From Hemiscyllium ocellatum (lineage: Eukaryota), in NCBI RefSeq assembly GCF_020745735.1, contig NC_083407.1, forward strand, positions 97,950,748 through 98,014,747: 64,000 bases of DNA, read 5' to 3'. Both the position numbers and the translations under genes were made by a program. Positions within the stretch are counted from its first letter, which is position 1. Each line of letters opens with the position of its first letter. This document shows positions 1-14,481 of the stretch, piece by piece. The notes under the pieces were generated by a model, which was given only the letters and a program-made list of their open reading frames with translations, was not told the DNA's origin and did not search any database.

Positions 1-1377
1 ATGGCGGCAATCTAACAGGTCTGCCTTGCTGAGCTCTGCACCATAACTCGGCAAAGTGGTGCTTTTGCCCTCCCCAAATAAGCTGTTTTGAAGAAAATCG
101 ATAGCTTAATATTAGTAAAGTCGCTACATACCTTATTTTAGTAAGGGAAGATGGCTAGAGGCAAAGGACAGAGTAAATCACAACATGCAGGACACTCTCC
201 TGCAGTTTTGGACACGCCCGTGGCTGCGGCCTCCCCCAAACTCCCGATGGACTCACTTACTCAACATGGCCTGACTGTGGAGATCGCGAAACTCCAGGAG
301 ATGATTGAGGCATCGATTGTAGAGAGTCACGCCGGGCTGCAACCTGCAGAAGCATGAGCAGGAGCTGCAGAGTTTCAGGGAGTGAATGGAGGAGGTCGAG
401 CAGTGGACCACGACATCAGAGACTGCAATCGAGTCCTCGGTGGGACGGAGCCAGGCCCTGGAGAAGCAAGTATGGGCCTTAGTAGAACAGGTCGACAACC
501 TCGAAAACAGGTCGAAGAAAAATCATCCAGGTGGTCTGGCTGCTGGAGCGAGAGGAAGACGAACAGCCAACTAGCATTTTTTTTTCAAAGAATGGCTGAT
601 GCAATTCCTGGGCTGGGAGGCCAAGGCAGGCTGGGTGCGGATTGAGAGAGCTCACTGGGTGGCAGTGCACGGGCCCAGTTCGGACCAGTGCAATTCCAGT
701 ACTACAGGGACAAGAAAAAGGCACTGGAAGCCTCCAGATCACTGGGAAAGGATCCACAGATTTATAAAGGATCAAAGATTATATATTTGCAGGACTTTTC
801 TGCGACCGTGATCTGCAAGAGGAAGTCCTTTGATGTGGTGAAGAGGAGACTGAGGGATCTGGATATTTCATATTCCATTAGGTACCTGGCAGTGTTCCAC
901 TTTACTCACGAAGGGTCTGCGCATGTATTTGACTCCTCAGACAAAGCAAAAGACAGTTTGAAATAGACCAGATGGTCCAAGAACATGAACAATGTTCTCT
1001 TTTCTTTTCCCTGTTCTTTTTCTCTTCTTTGGGACTTCTTTTACTTTATTATTTTATTATAGAAAGTGTTGTTTTTTTTAAAATATAGTGATAATTGAAG
1101 TCAAGGTAGGCTTGGGGATGGGTGAAGTGCTCCCTTTTAATTTTTTTGTCTGTAATACCTATTTTGTTCGCCTGAGTTTGTGGCACGGCTCAAGCTAGGA
1201 GTAGTTATGGAGGTGAACGTGGGTAGTGGGCTGGGGGAAAAAAAAAGAGTCTCCCATCAAGCGTTTTTCGTATGTTGTAATTGGTTTAGTTTGTTAGCTT
1301 TTAGTTTTGTTAATGTAACTTGAATGTGTGTATTTTTAGACTATTTATTTACATTCAACATGCTGTGGGTAGGGTTT

Positions 1378-1661
1378 GATTAGATTAGATTCCCTACAGC
1401 GTGGAAACAGGCCCAACCAGTCCACACCGACCCATTTCCCTCTGACTTATGCAGCTAACACTACAGGCAACTTAGCATGGCCAAGTTACCTGACCTGCAC
1501 ATCTGTGGGCTGTGGGATGAAACCGGAGCACCCGGAGGAAACCCCAGCAGACACGGGGAGAACATGCAAACCCCACACAGACAGTCACCAAAGGCTGGAA
1601 TTGAACCTGGGGCCCTGGTGCTGTGAGGCAGCAGTGCTAACCACTGAGCCACCGTGCTGCC
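1378..1661 (-). mobile_element. tRNA-derived SINE (HE1-like) inserted in the L1 spacer
   Basis: Minus strand starts GGCAGCACGGTGGCTCAGTGGTTAGC..GGTTCAATTCC (pol III A/B boxes) and ends in CTAAT repeats. Homologous to the copies at 14169, 17644 and 54701. Confidence 0.88.
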
Positions 1662-3914
1662 TTTGGGTTCTTCCTCTTGGGGGTTCAAGAGTAGTTATAG
1701 AGGGATATGACTAAGTGTCTCCTCAAATGGCGCACCTGGAATATTAAGGGGAGTTACTCGTTGGTCAAGAGAAAAAAATACTTTCAAGTCTCAGGAAGGA
1801 GAGGGTTGATATTGCCTTGTTGCAAGAAACCCATCTTAATGATAAGGAGCACCTAAAGTTCCAGCAAGATGGGTTCGATTGGGTGTTTTTTCGTCTTTTA
1901 ACACTAAGAGCAGGGGATTGGCAATACTTGCCCAGAAGAGTCTCCCATTTAAGTTATTAGATCAAGTTAAAGAAGAATATGAGCAGTTTGTAATTCTTAA
2001 AAAACTTAAATACATGGTGAAGAGTATGGCATTCTAAAATGTTTAGAATTTGGCACACCCCTCAAATTCCTGACAGATGCACTTTCTAAGTTGATTGCCC
2101 TTGGAACATGACAATATCATAGGGGGAGATTTTAATCATCTCACAGACCCCATAGTGGATAGCATGCCCAAGGTCCCCCAAATATTTCAACACAACCCAA
2201 TGAATTGGTTGCCTTATGCTTGGAATTGGGGCTGGTGGACGCTTGGAGATGTCTCAGACTGGTAGGAACTTCACCTTTCTCTCTCATCCACACAATTGTC
2301 ATACCAGGATTGACCTTTCTTTAGCACCTTCGATTTTTCTGGAGGTCCTGTAAAATTGGGAACATAGCCATTTCTGATCACTCAGCACTGTATGTGAAGG
2401 TTGAGATTAAGGGCAACGGAACAGGTTCCCGCCATTGGTGGATGGATCCTTTTGTACTCAAGAACAGTAACTTGAATACTTGAGTGAGTTAAGCATTCTT
2501 GGCTATCAATTTGGGTACAGCTAGTAACCCGCCCACACTCTGGGAGACTGCCAAGGCCGATGCTAGGGGGATAGCTATCTCTCAATTTGGCTAGCCAGAA
2601 GAGACACAAGGGGGAGCAGCAATGTCAGCTAGAGGAATAGTTGGAGGCAGCTGAAACCTGTATATTTTGATAGGCCATCAGTGACTAAATTGCAGTGAGT
2701 CACAGCCCTCCAGGTTGCTTTGAACTCCATGCTCACTCAGACAACCAAGAGAGAACTCTCTTTCGTGAAACAAAGGCTGCTTGAGCATGGCAATAGGCCA
2801 GAAGAAAGAGCGCCCTCCAATCCATTACATCAATTAGAGAAGACACTGGGATTCTTACGTGTGACTCTAAAAGGATCAATGCGGTTCGGAGTTTTTACTC
2901 TGAACTATATTGGTCAGAGTGCTGCGAGGATTGGTCGGCTAAGATACAGTCTTTTGTTAAGAACCTGGATCTTCCAGGTTTGACCTCAAAACAGGCATCT
3001 TGCCTTAACGCCCCCTTGACAGTGCGAGAGATACAGGAAGCAATAATATAACTCCAAAGGGGGAAGGTGCCAAGCCCCAGTGGTCTCCCAAGTGAATTCT
3101 ACAAAGAATTTACAAATATCCCGTCAGGGCTGATACTGGACATGTCCAACTATTCGTACAGTCATGACTGCCACTCCGCCATCTGAGAGAGAGCAACACT
3201 TCTCTGATTCTCAAAAATGGGAAGACCGTGGAGGACTGTGCCTCATACAAGCCCATTTCGCCATTAATTTCAGACTTTAAAATTTTATCCAAGACACTTG
3301 CATTGAGATTGGAGAAGGTGTTGCCCTATTTTGTTAAGGAGGACGAGATGGGTTTTATAAAGGGCCGGAGGTCCTCCAATAATATGAGAAGATTACTGAA
3401 TATGGTCCAAGTGTATCAGCAACGATTGGTTCAGGGTTTGGTCATCTCTTTAGACACAGAGTAGGCACATTTGACACATTCGATCGGGTGGAGTGGCCAT
3501 ATCTTTTTAATACTCTGGAACGGTTTGTCAGATGGGTGGAGGTCCTATATAGTGACCCTCTGGCTGAGGTTCTCACCAATGCTGTAAGATCCAGTAATTT
3601 CAGTATCGGTTGGGGCAGTCAGCAGGGTTGTCCCCTTTCATCACTATTCTTTATGTTGGTGATTGAGCCGCTGGCAGAGGATATCCATAAGGACCCTAAC
3701 ATAGCTGCCCAGGAAGTGGGATCAAGGGCACATAAGATTACGTTATATGCAAATGATGTTCTCCTCTTCTTATTAAATCCGGCAGTTTCTGTGCCCCATT
3801 TAATACGATGTATTAATTTATTTGGCTCTTTTTCAGGATTTAAGATCAATTTTGAAAAATCAGAGGCTATGCCATGGTGGGGGGGGGGGTCTTAGGGGAA
3901 TACCTGATATTGAA

Positions 3915-4332
3915 AACAATAGACAATAGGTGCAGGAGTAGGCCATTCTGCCCTTCGAGCCTGCACCACCATTCATTATGATCATGGCTGATCATCCTCA
4001 ATCAGTATCCTGTTCCTGCCTTATCTCCATAACCCTCGATTCCACTATCCTTGAGAGCTCTATTCAACGCTTTCTAAAATGAATCCAGAGACTGGGCCTC
4101 CACTATCTTCTGGGGCAGAGCATTCCACACACCCACCACTCTCTGGGTGAAGAAGTTTCTCCTCATCTCTGTCCTAAATGGCCTACCCCTTATTTTTAAG
4201 CTGTGTCCTTTGGTTCGGCACTCACCCATCAGCAGGAACATGTTTCCTGCCTCCAGAGTGTCCAATCCTTTAATAATCTTATACGTCTCAATCAGATCCC
4301 CTCTTAGTCTTCTAAACTCAAGGGTATACAAG
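3915..4332 (-). mobile_element. CR1 LINE 3' fragment inserted in L1 ORF2
   Basis: ORF 4074-4331(-) reads RRLRGDLIETYKI..RRNFFTQRVVGVWNALP, the typical CR1 ORF2 C-terminus, followed by a 3'UTR ending in CTATTGT repeats. Confidence 0.9.
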
Positions 4333-6999
4333 CGAATTATGATTCCTCTTTAAATGGTCACAGGGCAGTTTTCTTTACTTAGGTATTTTTGTTACTCCCA
4401 CCTTTGATCATTTATTTAAGGCTAATTTTGCTCATTTGCTTGACAAGATTAGACAAGACCTTCAAAGATAGGAGGCCCTTCCAATCTCTTGGTTAGGTCG
4501 AATAGCCCTTATCAAAATGCATGTCCTTCCTCATCTGTTATATCCCATTGGAATGCTGCCTCTGATGTTTCCCAGGCAAAGGTTGTGGAGACTCACTGGT
4601 TGGTTTAGTTATTTCACTTGGCATCACAGGCAGCCTCTCATTAAGCTTGCCAACTTGCTGTTACCCCCAAGGGTTGTGGGGAGTAGACTTTTCAGATATT
4701 AAGAGATACGAGCCAAGTCTCCTTTGTCCTTTGTGAGCAACTGGGCTTGTGAGGACCAGAGATCAATATAGTTGGATATCGAGGCTTCCCAGGAATAGTA
4801 TCCCCTTACTAGGCTGTTGTTTATGGAGAAGATGAGGACAGTTTCAGAATATTGTCAGAATCCGATCATCATTAATACGGTCAAAGCAGAGAGAGCAATG
4901 CGACAGAGCAAGGGCAGTTTATCTGAAACCTCCTTTCTTACCCCTATAGTTTAACGCCAGGATTCTGGCCAGGGATAATGGACCCCTGATTCAACCTGTG
5001 GGCAACTAGGGTAGTGCCCTGTTTGGGAGATCAATTTGAGGGGCATGTCACAATGTTCCTTGACCAGATGAGGCGCACATATGGATTGCTCAGCACAGAT
5101 CTTTATTGTTACTTTCAGGTTAGGGACTTCATCCAAAAATGACTATGCTTTTGACCAATGAACAACATTGAGCGACTGTGTGAGGTCTGGGAGCAAGAGT
5201 TGAGAGTGGAGATTCCCTCAGAGACATAAGAGGACATTTGGGAAAACGTAAAAAAGGTCTCGATGTGCATCAGAACACACACCATGCGGTTGAAGGTTCT
5301 TCATTGGGTTCATTTGGCCCCAGATCGTCTTGCAAAATTCAAAAAGGGAGCATCTCCAATGTGCCCCAAGTGCAAAAAAGGCATTGGTACCCTCACTCAT
5401 TGTTTGCGGCCATGCCACAAGCTTTGTAGGTACTGGAGCACTTTGGCAGGAGTAATAGAGGTGGTCCTGGGGACTGAAGGTAAGGTAGACCCAGTCTCTC
5501 TGGTCTTGGGCCTGCCGAATTTATTTTCCTTAGACGCATGTGGGAAAAAGCTATTTAACATTTACAGAGCGAGGAAGACCATTTTGATGAGCTAGGTGTC
5601 TGAGAACCCTCCAGGCCTGTTGGGGTGGCACAAGTTAATTATGGAATACATCCCTTTGGATTTCCTCACAAACATGGGGCACCATAAAATTGAACTTTTT
5701 TTTAAATAAGACATGGCAGCCCTCTTTGAATTATCTGGAGGCAGATTTGTCTGCCATTTTAATTAGGGCCTTTCTTTAGCCATGATGATTAGGTTTAGAG
5801 AGCCTTGTACCCTGGGAGGAAGAATCCCAAATAAATATGGGTGTAATAATCAATGCTGCTGAAGGTTGGGAGCTTCGGTGTGGTTGCGCTGAGTGGTGTT
5901 ATTTATTTATTTAAGTATCGATTTGTTGAGAGTGTAATTATGACTTTTTCTGTACAGTAGGGTAGGAGTTAGCTTATTGTAATGGTTATAAGTTTAAAAT
6001 TGTTATATTTTTGTAATTATATAACTTTGTAAAGTAAACAATTTCTCAACATAATTTTTTTTAAAAAGTCACAACAATTGAAGGGGAAAAGTGAACTGAC
6101 TATCTTCAGGAGTCAGCTGCTTTACAACAGAAATACAGCTCCTTCCTTTCCAGAGGTCCAACTGCTCCAGCTACCTGAGAGCCAAACACCAAGTTGTCAG
6201 CAGGCCTGAGGTCTTTACTATCGCTAACTGAACATTAGACTACAAACCAATCAGCTACTTGTTGTTGCCTAAATCTTCATTCACATAGTGCCGGGGACCA
6301 GCTCACCTATAACTAGGTATCCCCCTGCTGCTTAAACTGACAACGGTGTTAACAATAATTTGTTGTGCAACTTGTTTTTAAAAAAGAAATCTGATAACAA
6401 TCCTTCGCTTCTAAACCAGTCCCTTTCCTATTTCAGTCCACAATAAAACACGTGGAACAATCAGAAAGACGAGATGATCTTTACAGAGGGTTGGAATGCC
6501 ACAAGCAGGGTCCACTTGCTGCAGCTGAGCTAAGCAGGAGTTAAGGGACAAAAATACAAAGAAAGATCTAGGGTGGTGAAGCAAGCTATTGGGAAAATTC
6601 CAGAGTTATGTCTGTGATTGAATATTAGATTGCAGTTTTCAAAGTCCAAGGGAGCAGTGACCCAGCAAAGACATAGGATTTCCGCCTTACCAACCAGGTT
6701 ATTTAATCAGACAGACAGAGGGAATTGTAGGGGATTTAGGTAAGTTCAAGGTAACCTATCATGGTTGAGGAGGTAACCATGGATAAAAAAGGAACTGGTG
6801 AATAGATTGGACTTCGATTTTCAGAAGGCAATTAAAAAACAATTAGCCTGCACTCTAACTAGACAGGGATCCAGACAGTAGGTGACATTTCAATCTGAAG
6901 AGCAATGATTGGCTCTCACCGTCACAGATTCCTTTGCGGGTTTTTTTTTTTGGGGGGGGGGGGGGGGAAGTATGTGGGGGTGGTGGTGAGGGGTGGAGA

Positions 7000-7790
7000 G
7001 AATGCACCCAACAATATCTTCCTCTGATAGCCACCTTGGTGTGCAGTTTCATCATGCTTATGCATAGACCCTTGGTACGTAGACATCACGTTACCAGGTG
7101 CTGAAGTTGTACCTTTCCGAGGTTGTGGATCCAGTCATATTAGTTGGACTGTACTATAACACCTGTGCTTCATGGAAGAGACTGTACAGAATACCATCTT
7201 TGACCAAAAGTCCATCAGGCAATGGTTAACACATAACATCCTTGAGGCCTCACAGGGAAAGGAAAGGGTCAATCCTATCAGATGGTTCCAGGAGCAGACT
7301 GTCACAAGTTATTTGGCAGGATACCACATCACCAGAACTTTCTAACCAAGACATAGCTTGACCTGATCAATCAGATCATACAGGCACACGTGGATTCTTT
7401 CTACCACTTTAGAGAGTGCTGCAGTGGTAAAGAGACCGGCTCACATCTCCACCTCGAATGTGCTTTTGCAAAGAAGGTCTGGAGATGCAGTGGTTTTTGT
7501 CAATGTTTACCATGAGCAGGATTGCACAATGCAGAATTCTGTACTCTACCAGCTGTTACCATGGATGTACACAAAGGCAAACATCTACTGCAGCTGATAG
7601 GATGATCCACTCAATGACAGACACTCTTCAATCTGCTCGAAACTGATTGATCTGCCGGTGGAAAGAGTTGACTCAAATGAGTGCTGCAGACTGGCACGTT
7701 CCATGCTGAAAGACACATTAAAGCTTGGGACAGCCATCAGAAAGGCACAGTGGGGAAAAACTACTATCCAAAGCCTTTCTGTTCTGATAT
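7000..7790 (+). mobile_element. Old L1/Tx1-like LINE 3' remnant
   Basis: Degenerate zinc-knuckle region (ET..HL.LECAFAKKVW at about 7430-7490). Heavily mutated. Confidence 0.45.
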
Positions 7791-9679
7791 CCTGACAGTC
7801 TGTAAACTTATAGAATCTCACGTACACCTTATTGGAATTCAAATAATTTCAGGTCATGAATGTTCTGCACTACATTTACAAGTCACTTATCACAAAGAAA
7901 AAAAAAGTGTGATCTTTGGACTGTGACCAGACTAAACCTGTATACTGGTTTTTCAATTGAGCAGTTTCAGTCCTGAGTACCAAGTCCATTACACTTTATA
8001 AAAATTACATTCAGTCCACCTCAGTTCAGTTATTTTGTATGCTATGGCACTGGGGCAGATAATTATGTTTAAGAAGGTGTATTTCAGAAGTGCATTGTGT
8101 CAGGATATACATACTCTCAATTTATTATGGAACACAATCTGACAGAAAGCAGTGACTCAGAAAGCTCTAGACAAGGTAGTTTGCAAGATTGATAGAGCAG
8201 TTAATCATGGTCCCTGATCCTCATGACACACAATGCACTGCTGGAGTGAGCTGGGGTGTATTTTCCATCAGTACTAGGTTTAACAATAGTCTGAAGAGCT
8301 ATTACTGCTGACAATCACAGAAGCGTGACTGGAGCAGATGATCCAAATGAACATGCCCCCAGCATGAGTTACAAACATGCTGCTATCCATAGACAACTGG
8401 GCAGCTTCACGACTTTGAGATGCACAATCACACGTCCACAAACACCAACCGGTTTAACAGCTGCTAGGGTCAGTCATGCAATGCTGAAGGGAGACACTGT
8501 AACCATGCCAGAAATCAAAGTCAAGACCTGGCAGTGTTGAGGATCACAGGAATTTACAGGAATGCCAGACTGGTGCTAATGTTACCGGACATGCAGTCGG
8601 AAACCTGGGCTTGGGCTGCTTAATCCACTGAAGTTATTTTCAGAAAAGAGTAGGCAGCCGGGCTCAAGCTCAGAAAGCATAGCATCACCAAATGACTAAA
8701 GGGAGGCCATTCGATCCATCACGTCAAAAGGAGGAATTTACCTAGCGCTACTCTCCCACATTCTTCCCATAACTCTTCATAATCGCTTTTTCAGATAATA
8801 ATCAAATTCCTTCCTGAATGCCTCATTTTAAGTTCAAATTCCACCATGGCAGCTGGGTGAATTCCACCATGGCAGCTCAATTAACTAAGATACCTGGAAT
8901 TAAATTCTAGCCTCATTAATAAGAATCACAAAGCTATCAAACTGTCACTTAAAACCAGTTGGTTCACTAATTTCCTTCAGAGAGGGAAGGAAGTCTGCGA
9001 CCTTTACCTATTTGTGTGCATAGGTAACCCCGGAACCACAGCAATTGTGGCTGGCTCTTTACTTGCAGTTGCCTTCTGAGTGGCTTGCTATGCCATTTCA
9101 ATTGTACCAAACTGTATAAAGAAAGCAATGTGGATGCATCATCTACACCTCACAGACTGCAGCAGTTCAAGAAAATAGCTCATGATCAAATGCAATGAGG
9201 GAAGAGCAAAAAATACTGCTCTGGACAGCAATGTACACATCCCACAAATGGATTTTTTTAAAAAACTCCTCAAATTGCAATATTGTCCAATAAAACAATA
9301 AGGTTTAATTTCCACTGCACTCCTCCTGCCTCAGTTGTTACAGGTGTGACAGTGTTTCCAAAAAACAATTATTAAATTGAACACCCAGTCTGGAGATTCT
9401 GTTGTATCCAACCTCCTCTCTTTTAAGTAAACATTAAAACAGGTCAGACAGCCCATGGTGAGGCACTGCAACAAAGTTGTCTACAGAAACTAATATTAAA
9501 ATCTAATCAAAATGTCATTACTGCAGAGATGATGTACCCCAGCCTTTGTGGACCCCAGCATCCCCAGAAAAAGTGTCACCCTCCATACAGATTAAATATT
9601 ACACAAATGACCATACAGTGATATGTGACATAGGATTCAATACACACACAGTTCAACTTCTGATTCACCCTGCATTTCA

Positions 9680-10372
9680 GCACAACATATGTGTATAAAT
9701 CATTGAAGTTAGCAGGAAAGGTTAAGAGCATTATTAATAAAACATATTGGATCTTGACAGTTATCATTAAGGGCAAAGAGTACAAAAGCAATAAGGTTAT
9801 GCTAAACTTGTATAGAACTTTGGTGAGACCTTAACTGGAGGATTCTCTCTAAATCTAGATCCTGTAATTTAGGCAGAATGTGAAGCAATGAAGAGGTTTC
9901 AGAAAAGGATTCATTAGAATGACTCCAGAGATGAGGACCTTCAGTTATGTAGACAGATCAGAGAAATAGGAACCTTTTTCTATAGAGAGGACATGATGTT
10001 GAGGATGGAGGTATTTAAAATCTGACAGAGCAGATAAGGAGAAACTGTTCCCACTAGTGGAAGGATCAAGAACCAGAGAATTCGACAACTAATGGTGTTT
10101 GGCAAAAGAAGCAATAGCAACAGGGGAAAAATCTTTTTCCACACGGTTGGTGGTTAGGATCTGAAATGTACTGCCCAAGTATGCATGAAGGCAAATTCAG
10201 TCAAGGTATTAAAGAGGGAAGTGAACTATCATCTGAAGAGAAAGAATGTGCAGGGTTATGGGGAGAAGGCAGGGGACATGGCACAAGGTGAACTGCTCTT
10301 TTAGAGAATCAGCATAGAAACGGTGGGGTCGAATAGCCTTCTTATGTGCTATAACCATTCTCTGATTCTGTG
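9680..10372 (+). mobile_element. Old CR1 LINE 3' fragment
   Basis: Degenerate LY.TLVRP.LE.. region and CR1-type 3'UTR ending ..attctctgattctgtga. Confidence 0.65.
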
Positions 10373-11473
10373 ACAAGACACTGGGGATTCAGCTCTGAGT
10401 GACACCTGCAGCTGCTAATCTGCCAGTCAATATCCTGAACTAGTGCCTAAGATTTGCAGAAGAATCAAAAATCTCAGCCACTGAAAGAGGCTGGTGTTAT
10501 AGAGAGGCCAGCATGACATCCAAACCTAGGTCTGACATACTGGGAAAATGAACAATATGCCACATGTAGCATAAGGGTAAATAACTGGCAAGTTGGTAGC
10601 AAGCACAGCTCTCTCCCCACTGTTTTTGGATCAGCAGGAAGAGAGTTCATTTCATCCCATCAGAAAACTGCCACCTCAGCTTCGCCATTTAGAATTAACT
10701 TCTGACATTAGAAATCTCAGTTGGCCAAAAGGCCTGTTTTTATGCGGTTATTACTCTATGATTCTATTCTATCACTCTGAACCCACACAGAAATTGGAAA
10801 AGCAGGCCGATTGTTGAGATGTTTGATGCCCAATGTTGCAAATGGATCAGTAAATTCCAAGGGTCTGCATTGAGACCAGGATTGAGAGTTGACAAGAAGG
10901 GGAAAGGGAGAGGAAACTGGAGGCAAATTACTAGCAATTCTCAAGATGCCTATATAATTTCCAAAGCACAGCTAGCTCCCTCATTACAAGAACAAACCAA
11001 TGCAAATGAGAGACCAACACAATAGGAGTTCTGGATCATGGAAACAGATGACAGGAATATGTCGATAACATGTTACAAGCTGCCTGCACTATAGTCCTCC
11101 ACATCATAGCTGTGGAAGTGACCTCTGTTGCTGCCTCACCACTCAGAGTCCCGAATGGGAATCAATAAATCACCTTCAATGTGCAGATTGCAAATGAGAA
11201 TACAGAGTGTGACAGAGTTAAAATATAATTATAAACTCAGCAGCACACAGGCACCACAGAAGGGCATTGAATGTGCACAGTAAACAGGAAAAAGGTTGGA
11301 CATATGTCTTTAAACAATTTAGAAGATTCAAAATCGAGCCCAGATGTGTGTAAGGACATATCTACACATACAGGACTATAGACCTGTACTCGTGAGACTA
11401 CGGAGCTCTACGCAGACACACAATTACAGGCCCACAGAAGGCTCATACACAGGATTACAGACAAATGCTTTCT

Positions 11474-11475
<2 letters not shown>

Positions 11476-11512
<37 letters not shown>
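11476..11512. repeat. (CA)n microsatellite
   Basis: Uninterrupted CA run of about 18 units. Confidence 0.95.
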
Positions 11513-11514
<2 letters not shown>

Positions 11515-11559
11515 CTGCACACACGTTGCAGACAGTACATACAAATGACTTCAGACCGC

Positions 11560-12680
11560 AGAGTTGACAAGGTTCCACATAGTAGACTAATTAGCCAAGT
11601 CAAAGCACATGGGATTCAGGGTGAGCCTGCCAATTGGATACAAAATTAGCTTGATGGTAGGAAACAGAGTGTGGTGGTGGAGGATTGTTTTTTGGGCTGA
11701 AGGCATGTGACCAGTGGTGTTCCAAAGGAATGGGTACCCCATCCACTTTTGTTTGTAATTTATATAAATGATTTCAATGAGAATATAGGAGTCAAGGTTA
11801 GTAAGTTTACAGATGACACCAGAATTGGTGGTGTAGTGGACAATGAAGATTATCTAATATTACAAAGAAATCTTGATCAATTTGGTTGATAGGCTGAAGA
11901 GCGACAGATGGAGTTTGATATTGCATTTTGGTAAAACAAACAAGAACAAGACTTATACAATTAACGTCAAGACCCTGGTTAGTGCTGTAGACCAAAGAGA
12001 CCAAGGGGCTCAGGTATATAACTCTTTAAAGTTTGGATTATAGTAGACAGGGTGTTTAAGAAAACATTAGCACACTTGCCTTTGCTGCTCAGACTTTTGA
12101 GTATAGGGAGTATATGGAGTCATGTTGAGGGTGTACAGGAAATTGGTATAGCCACTTTTGGAGTACTGTGTACAGTCTGGTTGCCCTGATATAAAAAGGA
12201 TATTACTAAATTGGAGAGAGTTCAGTAGACATTTATCAGAATGTTGCCAGGAATGGAGCATGAGTTATAAGGATAGGCTGGGATTTTTTCCACTGGAAGG
12301 AGGGGGTTGAGGGGTGATCTTATAGAAGTTTATAAAATCATGAGGGGCATAGTTAAGATAGATAGCAAGGGTCTTTTGTCTGGGTTGGGAGAGTTCAAAA
12401 CTAGGGGCCATATTTTTAAGATGACAGGACAAGTTTTAAAATGGACAAGAGGGGCAACTATTTTCCCCACAGTGTGGTTTATGTGTGGAATGAATTGCCA
12501 GTGGAAGTGATGGATATAGGTACAGTTACAACATTTAAAAGACATCTGGATAAGTACATGAATAGGAAAGGTTTGGAGAGATATGGGCCAAACACAGGTA
12601 AATGAGACTCGTTTAATTTGAGAACAGGGTCAGTTTGGACTAGTTGGACAGAGGATCTGTTTCCATACTGGATGACTCAA
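11560..12680 (+). mobile_element. CR1 LINE fragment (RT to 3' end)
   Basis: DKVPHSRL..HGIQG, SGVP, SKFTDDTRIGG and RGDLIEVYKIM in broken frames. Confidence 0.88.
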
Positions 12681-12899
12681 TGCACACACAAATGCACTGA
12701 GAAGTCCAGACCAACACAGACACAGGATTCAGAAGCATAAGGTGCACACTGTATTACAGTTCAGCACATGTGCATGACTGGATTAGAGCTACACAATTCT
12801 AGATTACAAAACAGAAACACACACACACACACACACCCTGCATAAACATGATTACAGACCCAAGGTCACACATATATACTGGACTTTACACCAACACCT

Positions 12900-13314
12900 C
12901 ATCTCCAGCAAATTCCTAGATGATTCGCAGGACAGATGGCAAACTGGTTAATGCATACCACATTTAAAGCAAGGCCACACCAACATCATTGAGCTCCAAT
13001 GTGCAAAAGACACCTGTCTGTGCACCCACTCAGAGTCTGAGCTCCAGGTCATTGTGGATTCCATCTCTGAAGCACACAAGAAAATGGGTCTTTCACTGAA
13101 CATCCATAAAACTAAAACCCCACTTCCAAACAGCTCCAAAAAGCATGAGAACACCCACATTTGGTTAAGGCCAACTGCAACACATTGGAAAATGCCATTT
13201 TCCTTATGTCTGGAGCCTTCATGGAGAGAAGTGGGCCAAGTCAGTCATCACCTCCAGTGTGCCATCTCAGCCTTTGACCGACTTGAGAAAGAGTATTTGA
13301 AGACCAGGATCTGA
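12900..13314 (+). mobile_element. RTE-like LINE RT fragment
   Basis: MGLSLNIHKTK and HLQCAISAFDRL resemble the RTE/BovB RT C-terminal region. Degenerate. Confidence 0.5.
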
Positions 13315-13450
13315 AGCCAGAGACACACCATATAGCAGCATGGGATTACAGACCCCAGCAAACAGACAAGCTATGTGTTAAACACAGTGTATACACGGAG
13401 TTACAGACAGTGCCACACAGGGGAATCCTCTCCCTCGCTGTCCTTGCCCC

Positions 13451-13830
13451 ACTCACCTCCAGCTCTAGGCCCGAACCTTCTTTCCGAAGCCTCTTAGCCC
13501 ACGCCTTCCCTCGGCCCGTCCCCCGGAATCTACCTGTGCTGCCGGCAGTGTGTGTGTGTGTTCTCCGCTGTGCGGGGGGACACCCTGACTCCTCAGGCCC
13601 GGCTCCGGGATCCTGGCTTCATTCCCCTCCTTCAATAACATCCAGGAGCCGGCCCCTTCCTGCACTCCATCCGCCTCTCCCATTGGCCCACCACCCGCCA
13701 CCATCCGCGCCGCCCATTGGTCAGGTGCGCGAGTGTCACACTCTATACCCGCCGGCTCGGTGTCACACGCTAAACCCTCCGGGTCTGCAGGTTTCTCGGC
13801 GTCCGCTGGCTGTTTCGAGCTCCACAACCG
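13451..13830 (-). promoter_or_regulatory. CpG-rich promoter and non-coding first exon of a minus-strand gene (likely FAM126B/HYCC2 by synteny)
   Basis: Locally high CpG and GC content. Two CCAAT boxes on minus (attgg at 13682 and 13716) and GC-box-like sites. Strong donor AG|GTGAGT on minus (actcac 13451-13456). No coding exon recognised in the window. Confidence 0.6.
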
Positions 13831-14168
13831 ACACAAAGACCTTTTTTGATGTCTTCGGATCCCCTCACTACGCTAGGCATGGCTTTGCCATTTCTCTACT
13901 GTATTTTCAATTTGAAACGGTGGTTGTAATGGAGGGGGAGTTGTCCCATTATCCACCGCGGCTGCGGACCCTCCCCACTGAAGCCCAGGTTCCTATTGTA
14001 TCAATAGGGGAGTTTCACCAGCGCTCGGCATGCTGGGACCTCAGGATTGCCATCATTGGCAGCTGGCGGAAATGGATACATGACAGCTGAAAAAAAAGGA
14101 GAAATACACACTGTCGTGTAATTCCCACTTCTGCACTGCCATATCTCCATCATTCGCAGACTTTTCAA

Positions 14169-14481
14169 ACGGTGGCACAGAGGTTAGCACTGTTGCCTCA
14201 CAGCGCCAGAGACCCGGGTTCAATTCTCGCCTCAGGCGACTGACTGTGTGGAGTTTCCACATTCTCCCCGTGTCTGCGTGGGTTTCCTCCAGGTGCTCCG
14301 GTTTCCTCCCACAGTCCAAAAATGTGCAGGTTAGGTGAATTGGCCGAGCTAAATTGCCCGTAGTGTTAGGTGAAGGGGTAAAAATGTAGGGGAATGGGTT
14401 TAGGTGGGTTGCGCTTTGGCGGGTCGGTGTGGACTTGTTGGGCCGAAGGGCCTGTTTCCACACTGTAAGTATTCTAATCTA
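14169..14481 (+). mobile_element. tRNA-derived SINE (HE1-like)
   Basis: GGTGGCACAG..GGTTAGC..GGTTCAATTC head, conserved core (TGTGTGGAGTTT..GGTTTCCTCC) and CTAAT tail. Confidence 0.9.

Larger units (their letters stand above)
1..6066 (+). mobile_element. Decayed near full-length L1-clade LINE (5'UTR, ORF1, spacer, ORF2, 3' end)
   Basis: ORF1 fragments at 151-966: coiled coil, DNLENRS.., C-terminal YLQDFS..KRKSFDVVKRRL. ORF2 runs from ATG 1707 (MTKCLLKWRTWNIKG) with endonuclease motifs (LQETH, GGDFN, SDH), RT motifs (YKPISPL, QGCPLS, LYANDVL) and a CPKC..H..C knuckle at about 5360-5415. Many stops and frameshifts. AT-rich end at about 6060. Confidence 0.88.

Noticed and set aside
8837-8877. 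18-bp direct duplication AATTCCACCATGGCAGCT
   Set aside because: Local slippage within an old repeat, with no evidence of function.
13410-14090. 226-aa Pro-rich ORF
   Set aside because: Non-ATG start, no recognisable domain, and expected by chance in a GC-rich promoter.
14169-14235. tRNA genes at SINE heads (also about 1595-1661 and 54940-55009)
   Set aside because: The A/B boxes run straight into SINE body and tail, with no complete cloverleaf.
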